A stretch of 64,000 bases of DNA, from NCBI GenBank assembly GCA_002633005.1, contig NMRA01000111.1:655112-719111 (forward strand), written 5' to 3'. The position numbers were made by a program, and so were the translations under genes. The notes under the pieces are model-generated. The model did no database searches. It saw only the letters and a program-made list of their open reading frames with translations, and had not been told where the DNA came from. Shown piece by piece: positions 37,501 to 49,321 of the stretch. Positions within the stretch are counted from its first letter, which is position 1, and the number at the start of each line of letters is the position of its first letter. This DNA comes from Phoronis australis (lineage: Eukaryota > Animalia > Phoronida).

Positions 37501-40500
37501 GACACGTACTATCATTGTGTCCCCTGCTCATTGTAAAGATACTGCTTGGTCTTTTAATTCCAAACGGAGAAGTTTATGGCTGGGAGGCACCACTACCAGT
37601 TGATTGACAGCTTTTTAGTCCTGTAAGAAGTATGCCGTTAGCAGTGCAGACGTGTTCTCTGTTCATCACTTTTCTTTGCACTTGCTTGAACATAAACCAC
37701 AGGTTTTAAAAGGAGTGTACCATCACTTTAAAGCTTCAGTAATGATTAGATTTTTTGGAAATCCTAATAATAATCAGTTGCACCTCGTTAGATTCAATGG
37801 CTAGATTTTAGCATTTTAATGTAATGTCACATAAGGCAGTTTTTATCTAATACTTTTGACGCAGTTGATAGTTTTTATTTTACGTACTATTAAGCTTGTT
37901 CTTGCTTACCTTTTTATGTATTCTTATTGTTTTTGCACTAATTTTGGTTGGTGAAGGAGCGACACAAGACATTTGGCCGTGAATTCTCTGAGAGAAGAAC
38001 ATTTACCAAAATCCGGATTTCTTTATCGGTTACATGTTTTTATTGGTGTATTATTTATTCACGCGACAAAGAGGTGCATATCACGATAGTCCCTATGCAA
38101 GATTTGTAAGCTGATAGCAAGAAAATGCTCATCTGAAATGTAACCCAAACTGATGTAGTAATGGAGCAGGAACTTTGGCAGAATATGTTTATTGCTACAA
38201 CCGTGCCAGAACAGTGGAAGCAAAATGCCAGTACAACACACAACATTGTATCTAGTCATGCTTGGTGCATTGTGTAACTACCAAGAAAGAATTGTCGTTT
38301 CAATATGTGGAAGACTTTGGCATGCCAGGCCTAAGTATTGCCAGACATTCTAACTGATCTCCAAGGACAGCGTCAGCTTTTTGATATTGTAAAGGATTTC
38401 CATAAATTTGGCAAGTTGATAGCAGGATTGATGCGTAAGTTTTTTTATACATCTACAATACGAGTGTCATTGACTTTGCAGATAGATGTGTTAAACTCTT
38501 ATGAAATGTAAAAAGTGCCTTTGGTGTTAATGTTATTGCCACAAGGAAAGGACAAAAAATTTACTGAGAGGTTCATATGTGGATTAACACAGCTATGTGT
38601 CAGACCAGGTTAAATGAAACTTTGAGTGAAATTATAACCAAAGCTTGTTGCGACCTAGAGCATTTTAACTCGCACCTTGAAAATAACTGTTGAAATCTTT
38701 TACCCAATCTGAGTTATAGTTTCTTTCCTGTCAATTAATTTCACTCGAGCTGAATTAATGAATTATAGGTTGGAACAAGTGTAGTTGTAGTTGTAAAGTT
38801 CTTTGCACTGAATGCTTTAAATTGTTCACGATTAACATTTGTCATTTTTTTACATAATGCTACAGAATTCAATTTCTTAAAGACTAGAAAATGGAGTATG
38901 CATGGTTTTCCTTTTATAAGGATTATTAGCGCCAAGGCATCTAAATATCTGAATCACCAAGCTCGGTCAATGAGAACTTTGACCATGCAAGTGTCTCACG
39001 CAAACTTATATGTAACCATGATTTTGATTTTTAAGCACCCTCATGGGGAAATACTCTTGTCTGTGTAACTCTTATAGAAGCACCCTCATGGGGATGTGCT
39101 CCTGTCTGTGTAACTCTTATAGAAGCACCCTCATGGGGATATGCTCCTGTCTGTTTCATTCTTATAGAAGCACCCTCTTGGGGATATGCTCCTGTCTGTT
39201 TCACTCTTATAGAAGCTTTTGTGGAGATATTGCTCTCTGCAACTGCCTTGTTTTTCATGTACAGAAATTCTTGAACAAAAATAATTTCCAAAATTGCCAT
39301 TTTCCATATTTCAAAGGCTGCTTATTAAATTACTGCAGGTGGCAGAGAATTGACTAAAAGTTATTTTATGACACCTACACAGTACAAACCATGCTAATTT
39401 TAGACTAAAATTAATTATAGACTAAAATTTTCTTGTGGAGAAATTTGTCAAAACAGAATTTCGCTTGTTGGCCATATCGTGTGCTACATGAATGAAGAAT
39501 TACGGTTTATATTCTGCTGCATTTAAAGCACTCTTTGTTTGTCATAGTGTTTCAATGGAATTTTAGTTCATAGTTTTGTTATAGCTGCATAACCAGTGAT
39601 AATTGGAGATTTGTTACCGTAGTTTGGAAAATGCGGTATGCGTTTAGTCTTTAGGAAAACAAAAGTTTTTCTTACTGGAAATTCCTTGAGACCCTGTTCG
39701 TAACATGCTTTATAGAAATTATATTGATATGGCGTATATAAATAAACTTTGGTCTAAGCGATATCTTACTTCAGTTGATGGCGAGACCAGCAGAAGCTCA
39801 GTTATGTTGTTCTGCTGGTAAGTACATAGACACAAGAGGACTGGTTCGGCTGCGGCACTTTCAACTGGAGATGTATTACAGTTTTGAGGGACTGCATTTT
39901 GTTTTTCATACTGGCTTATGATATTTTATTGTGTATATGATTTTTTAAAAGAAATATCTTAAGATTTGATAGCAGAGTCTTTGTCTATTCCTCTATGTCC
40001 AGGGCTCATTGTAAAGTTTCTTTCTCGGAGGCAATTAGAATGTGACACTTGCATTTTGAGCTGCATTGTAGGGTCCTTTGTTTACATTGTAGGGTCCTTT
40101 GGTAAAAGTATTTGGCAGGATGGTGTTAATTTCTGCATGTAACTTGGCAACATCCACCTCCCAATCTTTGTTGTGTACCATCCTGTTATTCAGCTAATGC
40201 CGATTATCAGTCGTAATATTGGCTGGACTGAAGGTGCTGTACCTCTTGATTATGACAAACCATTCTTTTTGAGGTGGACAAATACAAGTCTTTCTTGGAA
40301 GTGTCTGGTCATGCACCACTAGCTTGAAGAGGGTGGCAGAATTGCAGGAGAGGAAGAACATTAATCCACCATGTGGAAGAAGCTGCCTAAAACTGCTGAT
40401 TTGTTATTGCCTAACAGGCTTGCATTTGATTCTCAATTTTCTTCTTTGCCAGAAAGCAGCTGCAGTAACTAGCGCTAATCCTACTTTCATTGAAAAAGGA

Positions 40501-43500
40501 CCACAAAAACACTTGAAGCATCTGAGTTGCGGATTAAATTTGCTGATCAATTGCGAATTTCGACATAAGTTGTAACTGTTATACTTTTCTTTCAGTGTTA
40601 GCTTGGTTGACAAAGGTCTTATAGGTCATATTTTGTGGTGTGCATGATTATCTCCTGAAAGATATTTGCTCCTTGTATGCATATTGTTGTGAGCTACACA
40701 TTTGACTTGATTGTATTATTTTTAGATTACAACCTATCAGGAGGACTTTGAGAATGAACGCAGAGATCGCGAGCGCATCCAACAACTGAAGGAACAATAC
40801 AAAGAGATGCTGGACAATGCCAAGGTTGACAAGGCCAACGTAGATCGACAGCTGGATATGCAAAACCGGACACTGGAACACTTGAGGCGAATGAAACAGG
40901 AAGTGGAATATGACCTGGGTGTTGCTAGGAGGGAACTGATGGACTTGAGAAGGACGGGCATCAACCAACCTCCGCCTGCACCGGGTCCAGGTAGGAGATG
41001 TAGCAAGATAATGGGGGACTGATTGGCTGTGCCGGGCATCACAGTGGATTTAATGACTGTGTCGCTCTGTTGGGTGATTGATTGGTTGGCAGTTCCTGTA
41101 GGTAAAGGAGCGCCAGGTTGAATGGTTGTTTCTCTTCGAGTGACTGCGTAAGTTGGGAGGTGTGAACATTGTGATAGGTTAGAAAGCTGGCCAACTGGCA
41201 GCTTGTGAATAAACTTGGCATTAAAGTTGACCAGATATTAGTGGTGCGGAAAAATGATTGGCTAGTAACGACCAAATATTTCACAGAAGGTAGCACAAAA
41301 CTGTAGAGATTGTTCAATTGCTGACTGGCTAAAGAGGAATTCAATTGTTGCTGCATATTGTGTCATGAATTTAATGTATACATATGGGATGCATCTTATG
41401 CAGTGAAAGTTGTTGAAATATTAGTATACGATAGTGCAATGACTTGGCTTAAAATTATATACTGGGACTTTTTGTGCTTAAAGTATCATCACATGAAACT
41501 TGTACTGGAGTCAAAAAGGGTATCCCAAAAACATCTTTTATTTTTCTTCGCTTCACGATGCTATTATCAGACAAGCTGCTGACATCAGACACATATTTAG
41601 TTGACAATCTTGGACTGTAGCGACTGGTGTCGCAACTGTCACAAACATGAGCTAATCAAGGTTGTTTGCTTATGTCATGTGGCACGATTCTACTAGATTG
41701 TCTGTGTACAGACTGAATGGGTTGTGAATAAGCTATGGTATGAACAGATTTGTCTATTGTGTTTGTGAGTTAGATGTTGTTGTCTTTTCAGTAAATATGT
41801 TTGGTATGCCCAATTGGAGTTGTCAACATTGCACATTCAGTAATCCGGGTCAACGAACCTCCTGTGAAATTTGTGGGTCACCCAAAAGTGAGTAATTTCA
41901 AACCAGTTGGACAATTTCTTCCCACGTGTTCTTTATCATATTTTGGTTAACTTGTAAGAAGAGTAAATGTTTTAATACTGGTTGTCAAAAGTTGAACGAT
42001 TGCTGTGCAGTTGTTTCACAGTAAGTAGTGTTACTTTTTAAGCATCAAATACAAAGCTGTGTGTAACATTTTGCCAATCTTTTCCTTTACAGCATTGATG
42101 TTGTTATGTGATTCTTGTACCGCCTCAGTTTACTAGTACTTTAAACAGCCATTGACAATTTTTCCACTAAACAAACAATCAACACACGTGCCAGTTCCAC
42201 CTGGGTTTCTGTAGCTGGTGCGGGACATTCCCCAATGTTGGATTTGTAGTTAGCTGAGACTTTGGTCAATAAAATTTTAATATTTTAATTTACTTTTACA
42301 TTATAATGACAGTTTTGTTATTATATTTCCCTTGGAGTATATGCAACAGTTATTGGTTTTCATACAGGTCAGGTGTTGATCACTTCACATGAACTATAGT
42401 TAGGTCTGAATGATCTCTTTCTTGACCAGGATTCGGACACGAGACTTTCTGCTAACTGCACTGATTTATAACATTATAATATAATGTACACGTATATTGT
42501 CCCCCTAAGTTTCTTTAGCAAGTGGTCCAACATGCACAAGTCTTGCCCATCACGTAAAAGGATACTAAACCCTGTTTTGATGATTTCAACAAATCCTGGT
42601 TTTGTCGGCTAAAAACTCGTACTCGCTATGTCACAGATTGGACATTATGGTCCTCGATGGCTGGTATTTTCCCCACAGTTGCCAGTCACTAAAAGCGTAG
42701 GTCACGCTTGCCTAATTAGCAGACACTGAATTCGGAGTTATTCCTCCAAACCTTTGAGCATTATCAAGGGTTTCACAGCGTTATTTCGTTTCAGAGAACT
42801 GGATGGTAGAGTTGTTTTTAGCATCTGACAATATGCCTAAACTGTTTATGGTGTCCTTTTACTGACCTTTAAAATGACCTTTGCTATTGGTATGGCAATA
42901 GATTGATAAAATCCACAAGTTTGTTCGTTGCCTGCTTACAGCGGACTCCTTTTCTTGTTTTTTTTGCATTGAATCATCTCTGCACAACGTGGTTTCTGGT
43001 ATTGCAATGTCAAAAGTGAGTTACTCGAAGTACACAGATTCATGCTTTGTTCATCATCTTAAGAACTTCATTGCAAGCTGATTTAAAGTAATTGTGTGCA
43101 AGACATATTATTGCTTGTTATTGCTTCTGTCTGAACGTTGTTTAATTCATGTTCATGATGCAATGATGGAATCTTGGGCCTGTTATTTTCACTGATTTGA
43201 GAAAGTGGAAACGAAATAATTAATCTCATTAAGCAATTCTTATTGCCATTTACCCTTCGCTTTATGGAAATCTCGACCATCGCAAGTAGGGATGCTGGCT
43301 ATGTTGGGGGGGGGGGGGNTCTATCACATAAATGCGTTATATCAAAGTGATGTCTGCAAATTATTCTTCTGCACTTGCTACTATTAATGATGTTCTATCA
43401 ATGTCATCCTTACATACACATGATAGATTTCTTAATTCATAATTTACCTTTTCTCAACAAAATTAAACATTGTTTTGCTCTTTTTTTTCTTTAGTATCGG

Positions 43501-45229
43501 CTATCACTCATCGGAATTTTGGTGAAAATTCTCAACTGTGACTTGCACGATCAGTCTTTGAAATATGGGGAAAAGACATTTTGAAAACTAAAATATTTTT
43601 CCCAAATTGAACAACTTTTGGTGCACCGTAAATGTTATTTTTCTTTGCTAAACAAACTTTTTTGTACTTTATACGGCCTTGAGCTCACTTTGTTTGTTTC
43701 CTGAATAAGCCGCTTAAAAGCAAAACCCCCATTTCCAAAGATATGCAGCAATTTTCACCGCTGGTCCTTCACCAGTGTTCTAAGTGACTTTCATGAGAAT
43801 CCAAGAGTGCAGTGTCAGTGTCCGCCACAGTTGTGAGCAAGACCCTATTAAATGTAAATAACCCAGCCCTAAACTGTTAGTAAACATCTCCGCCTGTAAA
43901 TTCTGGCAAATTTTCAAAATCCATAAACCAATAATTTTAATGGAAAACCAACAATACGGCTGTATTCAGTGAACTAATAAGCTAAAAATCAAAAACATTG
44001 GCTACAGATTGGAGAGAAACGACTGTGTATCAGATATGCTCGGAGGCTTTAACAATTAACTGGCTTCTAAGTTTCGGTGACAATCAAAATCTGTCACTGT
44101 TTTGGCACTACAAGCTTAAAAATAAAAAGGTGGCAAACCAGTTACGAACAAAACAAAGCAGACTGGAGTATTAGACATAAAATGACAAAAACCGGTATGA
44201 AACATATTTAACACCTAGCGTTCATTTGGGAAGTGGTCCTTTGTCAAGATGCAACCAAGTTACCATTTTTAGTCTTTCTGTAGCATTTAAAATGAACCAA
44301 ATCAAAACTGTGTACGTTCACATCTCGGGCTGATACTCTGTGTAGTCAGAGAAAACCAATTTCCGTATAATTACACCACCACCACTGTTGAGAAGGTGGT
44401 GCCAAGAATCACCTTTCCGTTTCATTAGTGTAGGGCCTGCTGACTAGGCATCATTAAAGTTGTCTGACAGCAAATGGAATCTCAGTGGTGAGCCACCTAT
44501 GTGGAACTTTTTCCTAATGGTTCACTGTGCCAATCATTGTTTATTGTCATATTTCAGATCCCATTCCCAGCAGACCTTTGGCTTTCCAGACTGCAAGAGT
44601 TGTTGTTGATCAATCTAGGGTAATATTTTAATTTTGTTCTTTTCAATATATTCATGTCTTTCCTTTGTTTAACTTTATGATCATTAGGCAGACATTCTAT
44701 ATTTTATAAGTTTGAGTTTTTCAAAGTAATGCAACTCTGGCTTGAGGTAAACAGCATTGCCGTAACAAACTCTAGAAACTATAATGAGGAACGACTATAT
44801 GCAAGGGATTAATTATTGTCATGTATGTGAATTTGCATTGAGTTGAAATTAATATACTCTTCACTCTGTTAAAGCGTTATGCACTTCTCTGTATTCTAAA
44901 AATTGAATGGTTACTAAGAAAATGAAATTTTGCTTGTCTGCCATGTTTTGACCTAAATTGATGAAACTCTATTTTATGACTAGATTGTGTATTATTTTTT
45001 GATAGGTACCTATTTTCTCTGCATCCCAAATTTATAGATGATTTTTGATTTGTGGATTGTGAACTTTCATGATGTTTTAGTTGTTGCGTGCTTAAGGCAT
45101 CATAGATTTGTTTATTCTTTTCAGCAAGGAATTGGTCAAGGTCGTGATGTCCCTGATGGCAATCAGCGAGGACGAGTCAATGGTCAGTATGTTGATGACC
45201 TTACCTGCGACAATGGAGGTTTTCCATAA
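10597..45229 (+). CDS. TNIP1: TNFAIP3-interacting protein (ABIN/TNIP1-like) with AHD1, UBAN and NZF finger; about 566 aa from 14 coding exons
   Basis: Phase-consistent GT-AG exons: 10597-10672, 11518-11576, 12951-13139, 13766-13933, 20887-20948, 25042-25180, 30224-30307, 32232-32429, 33558-33662, 35648-35740, 40726-40990, 41792-41887, 44558-44619, 45125-45229 (1701 nt). LKDANKKWEEHFKK...EEKRQIEIDRILLTAKKRYQDEE resembles TNIP1 LLEVNKQWDQHF...DFDRKLLLAKSKIEMEE. EIAVLKQQITTYQEDFENERRDRERI is a UBAN motif (DFxxER). Further exons may have been missed, and orthology to TNIP1 versus TNIP2/3 is unresolved. Confidence 0.8.
14425..15560 (+). mobile_element. Helentron/HINE (DINE-1-like) non-autonomous repeat with an internal tandem unit of about 450 bp
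   Basis: Starts TTTTTATGCGCCCACATATTTATATGTGG (T-tract plus hairpin). The unit at about 14608-15053 repeats at about 15054-15510, and each unit has three subunits of about 150 bp. Related copies occur at 26803 and 62350-63208. Confidence 0.55.
15936..16459 (-). mobile_element. Internally deleted Ty3/Gypsy LTR retrotransposon
   Basis: On -: a 136-bp 5' LTR, TG...CA (16459-16324); PBS TGGCGACGAG (16316-16307), complementary to the tRNA-Ser(GCU) 3' end; a gag start; then the last 51 bp of the 3' LTR (15986-15936, identical to 16374-16324). 4-bp TSD GCGG at 15932-15935 and 16460-16463. Confidence 0.88.
15977..16240 (-). pseudogene. Truncated Gypsy gag N-terminus
   Basis: MAVNITVTSIAPFDPNGD...QRWERWIRGFELYADA...QKRQLLLHSAGPDVQDIFFTL is typical Gypsy gag. 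It is cut by the deletion and stops in LTR sequence. Confidence 0.8.
16712..18160. repeat. Two inverted copies of a palindrome-containing interspersed repeat, plus an internal direct repeat
   Basis: 16712-16864 is an imperfect inverted copy of 17951-18103, each with a 17-bp perfect stem (ATCGGATACAAAATGGC-N10-GCCATTTTGTATCCGAT). A direct repeat of about 95 bp lies at 17058 and 17317. There is an n at 16865. Confidence 0.75.
18171..18384. repeat. Degenerate (GAT/GAC)n microsatellite tracts next to the assembly gap
   Basis: GATGACGATAAAGATGATGAC... at 18171-18220 and GATGATGATGAAGATGACG... at about 18336-18384. Confidence 0.75.
18385..18723. other. Assembly gap (339 N)
   Basis: Run of N. Confidence 1.
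18741..19052. repeat. Six-unit tandem array of about 51-55 bp, each unit carrying a hairpin
   Basis: Three identical 51-bp units AACTTAGTGGAAGAGCAACATACTTGGCGAAATTTATTTCGCCAAGTAAAA are flanked by variants with TACTTGGCGGAA...TTCCGCCAAGTA. Confidence 0.9.
22490..23402 (+). mobile_element. Diverged relative of the 17.4-19.0 kb repeat family (Helentron-like)
   Basis: Shares AAATGCGACCTGT..GTGCGTACAAACAAA and ends in degenerate ACATACTT..GAAATTTCAT.TCACCAAGTA units. Confidence 0.4.
26803..27430 (+). mobile_element. Second, diverged copy of the HINE-like family seen at 14425
   Basis: Starts TTTTTATGCACCCACACATTTATATGTGGGTGCATA. Shares TTTAGCAAGTGTATT...ATGATGTTGACAAC, CTCTATCAACCAAA and GTGCCCCCTAGTGGCAATTT. 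Confidence 0.65.
28216..28296. repeat. 30-bp tandem repeat, about 2.7 copies
   Basis: Variants of GCACCAGTCACTGCAACACTCCGTATTCTT at 28216, 28246 and 28276. Confidence 0.7.
36626..37096. mobile_element. 471-bp MITE with 13-bp TIRs and a 6-bp TSD (hAT-like CAGGG ends)
   Basis: CAGGGCTTGGAAT...ATTCCAAGCCCTG, with ATACAT at 36620-36625 and 37097-37102. CCGCGG is repeated subterminally. Confidence 0.85.
39033..39216. repeat. 45-bp minisatellite, 4 copies
   Basis: Variants of AAGCACCCTCATGGGGATATGCTCCTGTCTGTGTAACTCTTATAG. Confidence 0.9.
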
Positions 45230-48200
45230 AGAAAGAATATTTTGCTTTTATTGTTAGAGTTGATTTGATTTGTGCATTGTTTTTGTAACCTTAATGTTTG
45301 TTAGAAGTGTACACCTTGAAAACCATGTGAACAATAACTGGAGAGTGATATCTTTGTTGTTTGTCAAGCAGGACTAAAATTTTGGACGAACCACGTGTGG
45401 TAAATAATTTTGAATTATTCATGAGCATTAGGATTGATCTGAACTTTTTCATCATAAAATACCTGACAGCACTCCAGTTGCAATTTGCCATCATTTTGGT
45501 ACTTTCCCATCATTTATGGCACTTTCCCATTAGGGGAATTTCAGTTTTCGGAAGTTATCACTAGATGGCGATTCATTCATTGGGAGCAGACTGCACATTT
45601 CGTTCATATTCTCAAACAAATGTTGAGTAGTGGGTTCGAGGCTAACTGAAAATTGTTCTCATGCCATTTACAAGCAGAGTATTTATGAAAATGATCAGTG
45701 TCATTCTTTATCAGATATGCTTTCTTTTATATATTTACTTTTGTCTATTGAGAGCACGTTGGCTTTACTAAAAAGAGCACATTTTATAAATCTTGCATGA
45801 TCGTATATCGTTGCCCCGACCTCTACCAATAACTTTAATAAAACTTCAATTTGATTGTTCCCATTGCACTGAAGTTTTGGTGACTATTTTAGCACAAATT
45901 TTTGCTTGCTGTTGAGAGTTAATCTTTCCCAGTTTCACCTCTAATGGGAAAGTACCATTAAGTATTTAATCTTCTAAAAATTAAAATGCTTCATTGATAT
46001 TTATATCTAATAAAACTGACATTACAATTGAAAATAGATTATATGTTATCACCTTGCGAAGAATCGAACCTTTTGAATTGAGAGTTTTTAATTACTTTTG
46101 TTAGTTATTTCAGTAACCGTTCTTACCCTGGACAGTTCTCAATTTCACAATCAGACAGGCATATTCACATCGATTTAAGTTGGGTTGGGAAACAAGTAAG
46201 CAACTATAGGCTTCGTTTTTTGTGAGCCCTTATCACGAAATCATCACCGTGCAGTCACCAGAGATGGCCTATGTACATTGAATCAATGGACGTGTGTTTT
46301 GGAAAAAAAATTTGGTTAACTCTTAATCATTCAAACAGGTAAAAAAATCACTTGGTCCATGTAAAATGCTAAAAATCATTCACATGACCATAATTATGAA
46401 GTTGAGGATTGTCTTTATCAAAGATGATAGACTCAACATTCTTTCTACATTGATGGTGACAAGAAATAGAACCCATATGACTTCTAACGCTTGCAGGATA
46501 TTAATCATTTAACTTTCAAGCTTGGAATATTAATACCCGTTATTGCGCTTTAACTATATCTGTTCCCTGACAATGGTTACCATCATGGCTATAAAGCTTA
46601 AGTGCCTATATTGTGACAGTTCATTGGAACACTTCAACAAATTAATAAAAATGAGATTTTTGAACTTCAACATGTTTCGTTGTCTCAAACATCATCATCA
46701 TCGGGACAAGGGTATCTTGAAACGTTTACAGTTACTTTTGCCATCAGGAATTTCATGTCAAATTTACCTGACCTCTCTCAGTAGTTTGTTTATCAGTTGC
46801 AATGGGTATGGAACTCAAAATCCACAAGTCAATTCACATCAGCTGGCTCAAGCCTGAAGTAAATAAGTAGCTGGCGCACAGCAGACTGTTGGTCTTATAA
46901 ATTGTCTTTGATGTTTTGTTGCCATTATGCTTGGTAATAGCTCTACTGTGCACTATGTGGGTCAAGGTTGTTAGATGGCCTTGATTGCTTGTCCTGATTA
47001 TGATGTTTGGGACATCGAAACATCATAGTGTTGAAATTGAAAAATCTCGCGTTCATTAAAATTGTCACTTAACTGTCGTGGTTGAGAACTCTTCAACTTG
47101 TGATTCTCTTTGAATACAGCTCTTTTCCCATCATAATCTGCCTTATGTTCACATCTTGCTTAATATATGTTTTATCCAGTAGTTACAACCCTCTGAAGGG
47201 AGTGAGTTAGCACTGTGTGCAGTAGGATATCTCTAGCTGTAGTGGTGTTCCCATATGAAAGTTGCCTATTAATAACAAGTTTCAGACAAATTTTCTCTAG
47301 GTAAAACTTATGCATTAGGACAAAATTTTGCAGATATTTTGAATTTCGTCAAATTTTGCAAGAATCATTCCGCAAAATTTATTCATGGCTTCGAGGTTTG
47401 TTTACTCAATTAGAATTGCCAGTCATATTACTTGGGCAATGGCAGTATTGCGTCCTATGCTCTGACGCTTATTCATTTATCTAACAGAGAGCATTAGTAT
47501 AGTCTAACAGAGGTCACGTTTTCGAAATCTACCAATAGGGGCTACAGAACTTGCTGAGGTTTTCTATTGCGTGGGCACAGGACAGTGTAAATAATACGTG
47601 TTAAAAGCTTCCTGTGCTTAGTATGTAGGATTTTTAAATACATGAGAACATTGCATTTTGTTTCCCTTTTAGTACATGTGTTTGAGTGTCAGCACTGCAT
47701 TAATTAGCCTTTGTGTAATGAGTGATATGTTTTTTGCTTGGAAAGTAGGCTGAGCATATCCATCGACAAAAGGATGACAGTGGGGTGTGTTTGTGATTGT
47801 TTGGCCTTGGATGGTGCAGCTGTGGAGGTCCTAGATCCACCTCCAAGCATGATCTAAGAAGGCAGACATCACTTTGCTGTTGTAAATATTTGGCCATTTG
47901 AAACTGCAGTCAAGGTCCCTCTATATACATATATACATTTAATTATTAATAAAAGTAAATGAATGTAGTATTTTGGACCACTGAGCTATTTTAGGTCATA
48001 AGTTTTGAATCTGTTGCTTCTTTTTTGCAATTGATGTACAACAGATAGCGTTAACATTATGATTCATCAGTACGATCATGACATTTTTGACAGACCGTCA
48101 AGTACACGAATGGTTGATTACATTAGATCTTGGGCCGTTTTGAGTGACAAGTGCTTATAAGGTACATATCCGTCTGCATTTTATGAGCATTTCTTGACTG

Positions 48201-49059
48201 CTGGATGTTTTAGGAGCCACATAAATGTCACCCATTGAAACTCAGTAGTTTGCATGGGTGAACTATTATAGTGAGTTGACGGAAAATGTCCGTTTTAGTT
48301 TTCCAAACGTAAAGAATGCTTTGCTGCAGAATTGTTCCTTGTAAATCTCTTGTGTGTCATTCTGTTAGTGGCAGCTTTTATTGAGTTCTAGTGTGCATGG
48401 GTTGGTTATCCTCAACTTTGGAATGGAGTTGGTTGACCTGCAACACATCTTTCGGAGTATTCACAGTGGAAACTTGTGTTTAATGACCATTATGTTGTTT
48501 AGTCTTTTCGTCCACTAGAAAAGTTCTTTTTTCTAGTTTCCAACCTGCATCATTGGCGATGTCTGTTGAAATGGATCGTAAAAGTTTGAGTGACTGCAGG
48601 TGCTAAGTATTTTAGTTTTGTTTGCTCATTTCATTTGGCACTTTTTAGAGGTGATAATGAGTACAATGGCCGGGTATAGTGTGTAGCTCCAGAATTGCTG
48701 ACGTTAGCTGTGTTCTGACCTCAGAATCCCTTGAAAAAGTTTGCAGGAATATTTACAGGACTTATTTTATCTAAGCAGTTGTGTCCCCATGGGATTGAGA
48801 ATCCCAGCAAGTTCTGTTTGTAGACCTTTGTCGGATGTCTATGAGACTGCTAGCATCTTATTGTTATTTGAATTTAATAGGCATTGCAGCATAGGCTGCT
48901 ATGCTGCCATTGGCTGGTAGCAACCTGACTTAGAATTTTAATTAAGTAAACAAATAAAATGGCCAAGACATAAATTTGGAAATAGTCACTTACAGGCCGA
49001 AGGATTTGAGAACCATTACAATGCCCATGATTGTTGGTTCTCAAAATGCAAGACCTGTG

Positions 49060-49321
49060 AGTGAGTGTACTGTGCTCAGACAGTACAGTACTAAGGTCTT
49101 TTGGAGCTTTATGACCAAATGCCTGTTCATTAATTCAAAAACATAAAACAAAAACCATGGGGAAGAAATTGAACATAAATCAATAAGTTAAATTTCAGCT
49201 TCATTGAACTTGTCAACTATAAAGAGCATAACACCATAATTTTGTACATAACAAGTTTTCCCATTAGTGCAATTCCCAAACCATTTAGAACTGTACTCTG
49301 TCTGAGCACAGTACACTCACT
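49060..49321. repeat. Inverted repeat of about 35 bp (MITE remnant or hairpin) downstream of the TNIP-like stop
   Basis: AGTGAGTGTACTGTGCTCAGACAGTACAGTACTAA (49060-49094) versus TTAGAACTGTACTCTGTCTGAGCACAGTACACTCACT (49285-49321). Confidence 0.7.

Noticed and set aside
39031-39357. Repetitive ORFs on both strands
   Set aside because: By-product of a 45-bp (3n) minisatellite inside an intron.
40648-41356. Minus-strand ORFs of about 100 aa, and similar antisense ORFs over transposase and RNF19 exons
   Set aside because: Shadows of real exons on the opposite strand, with no independent motifs.
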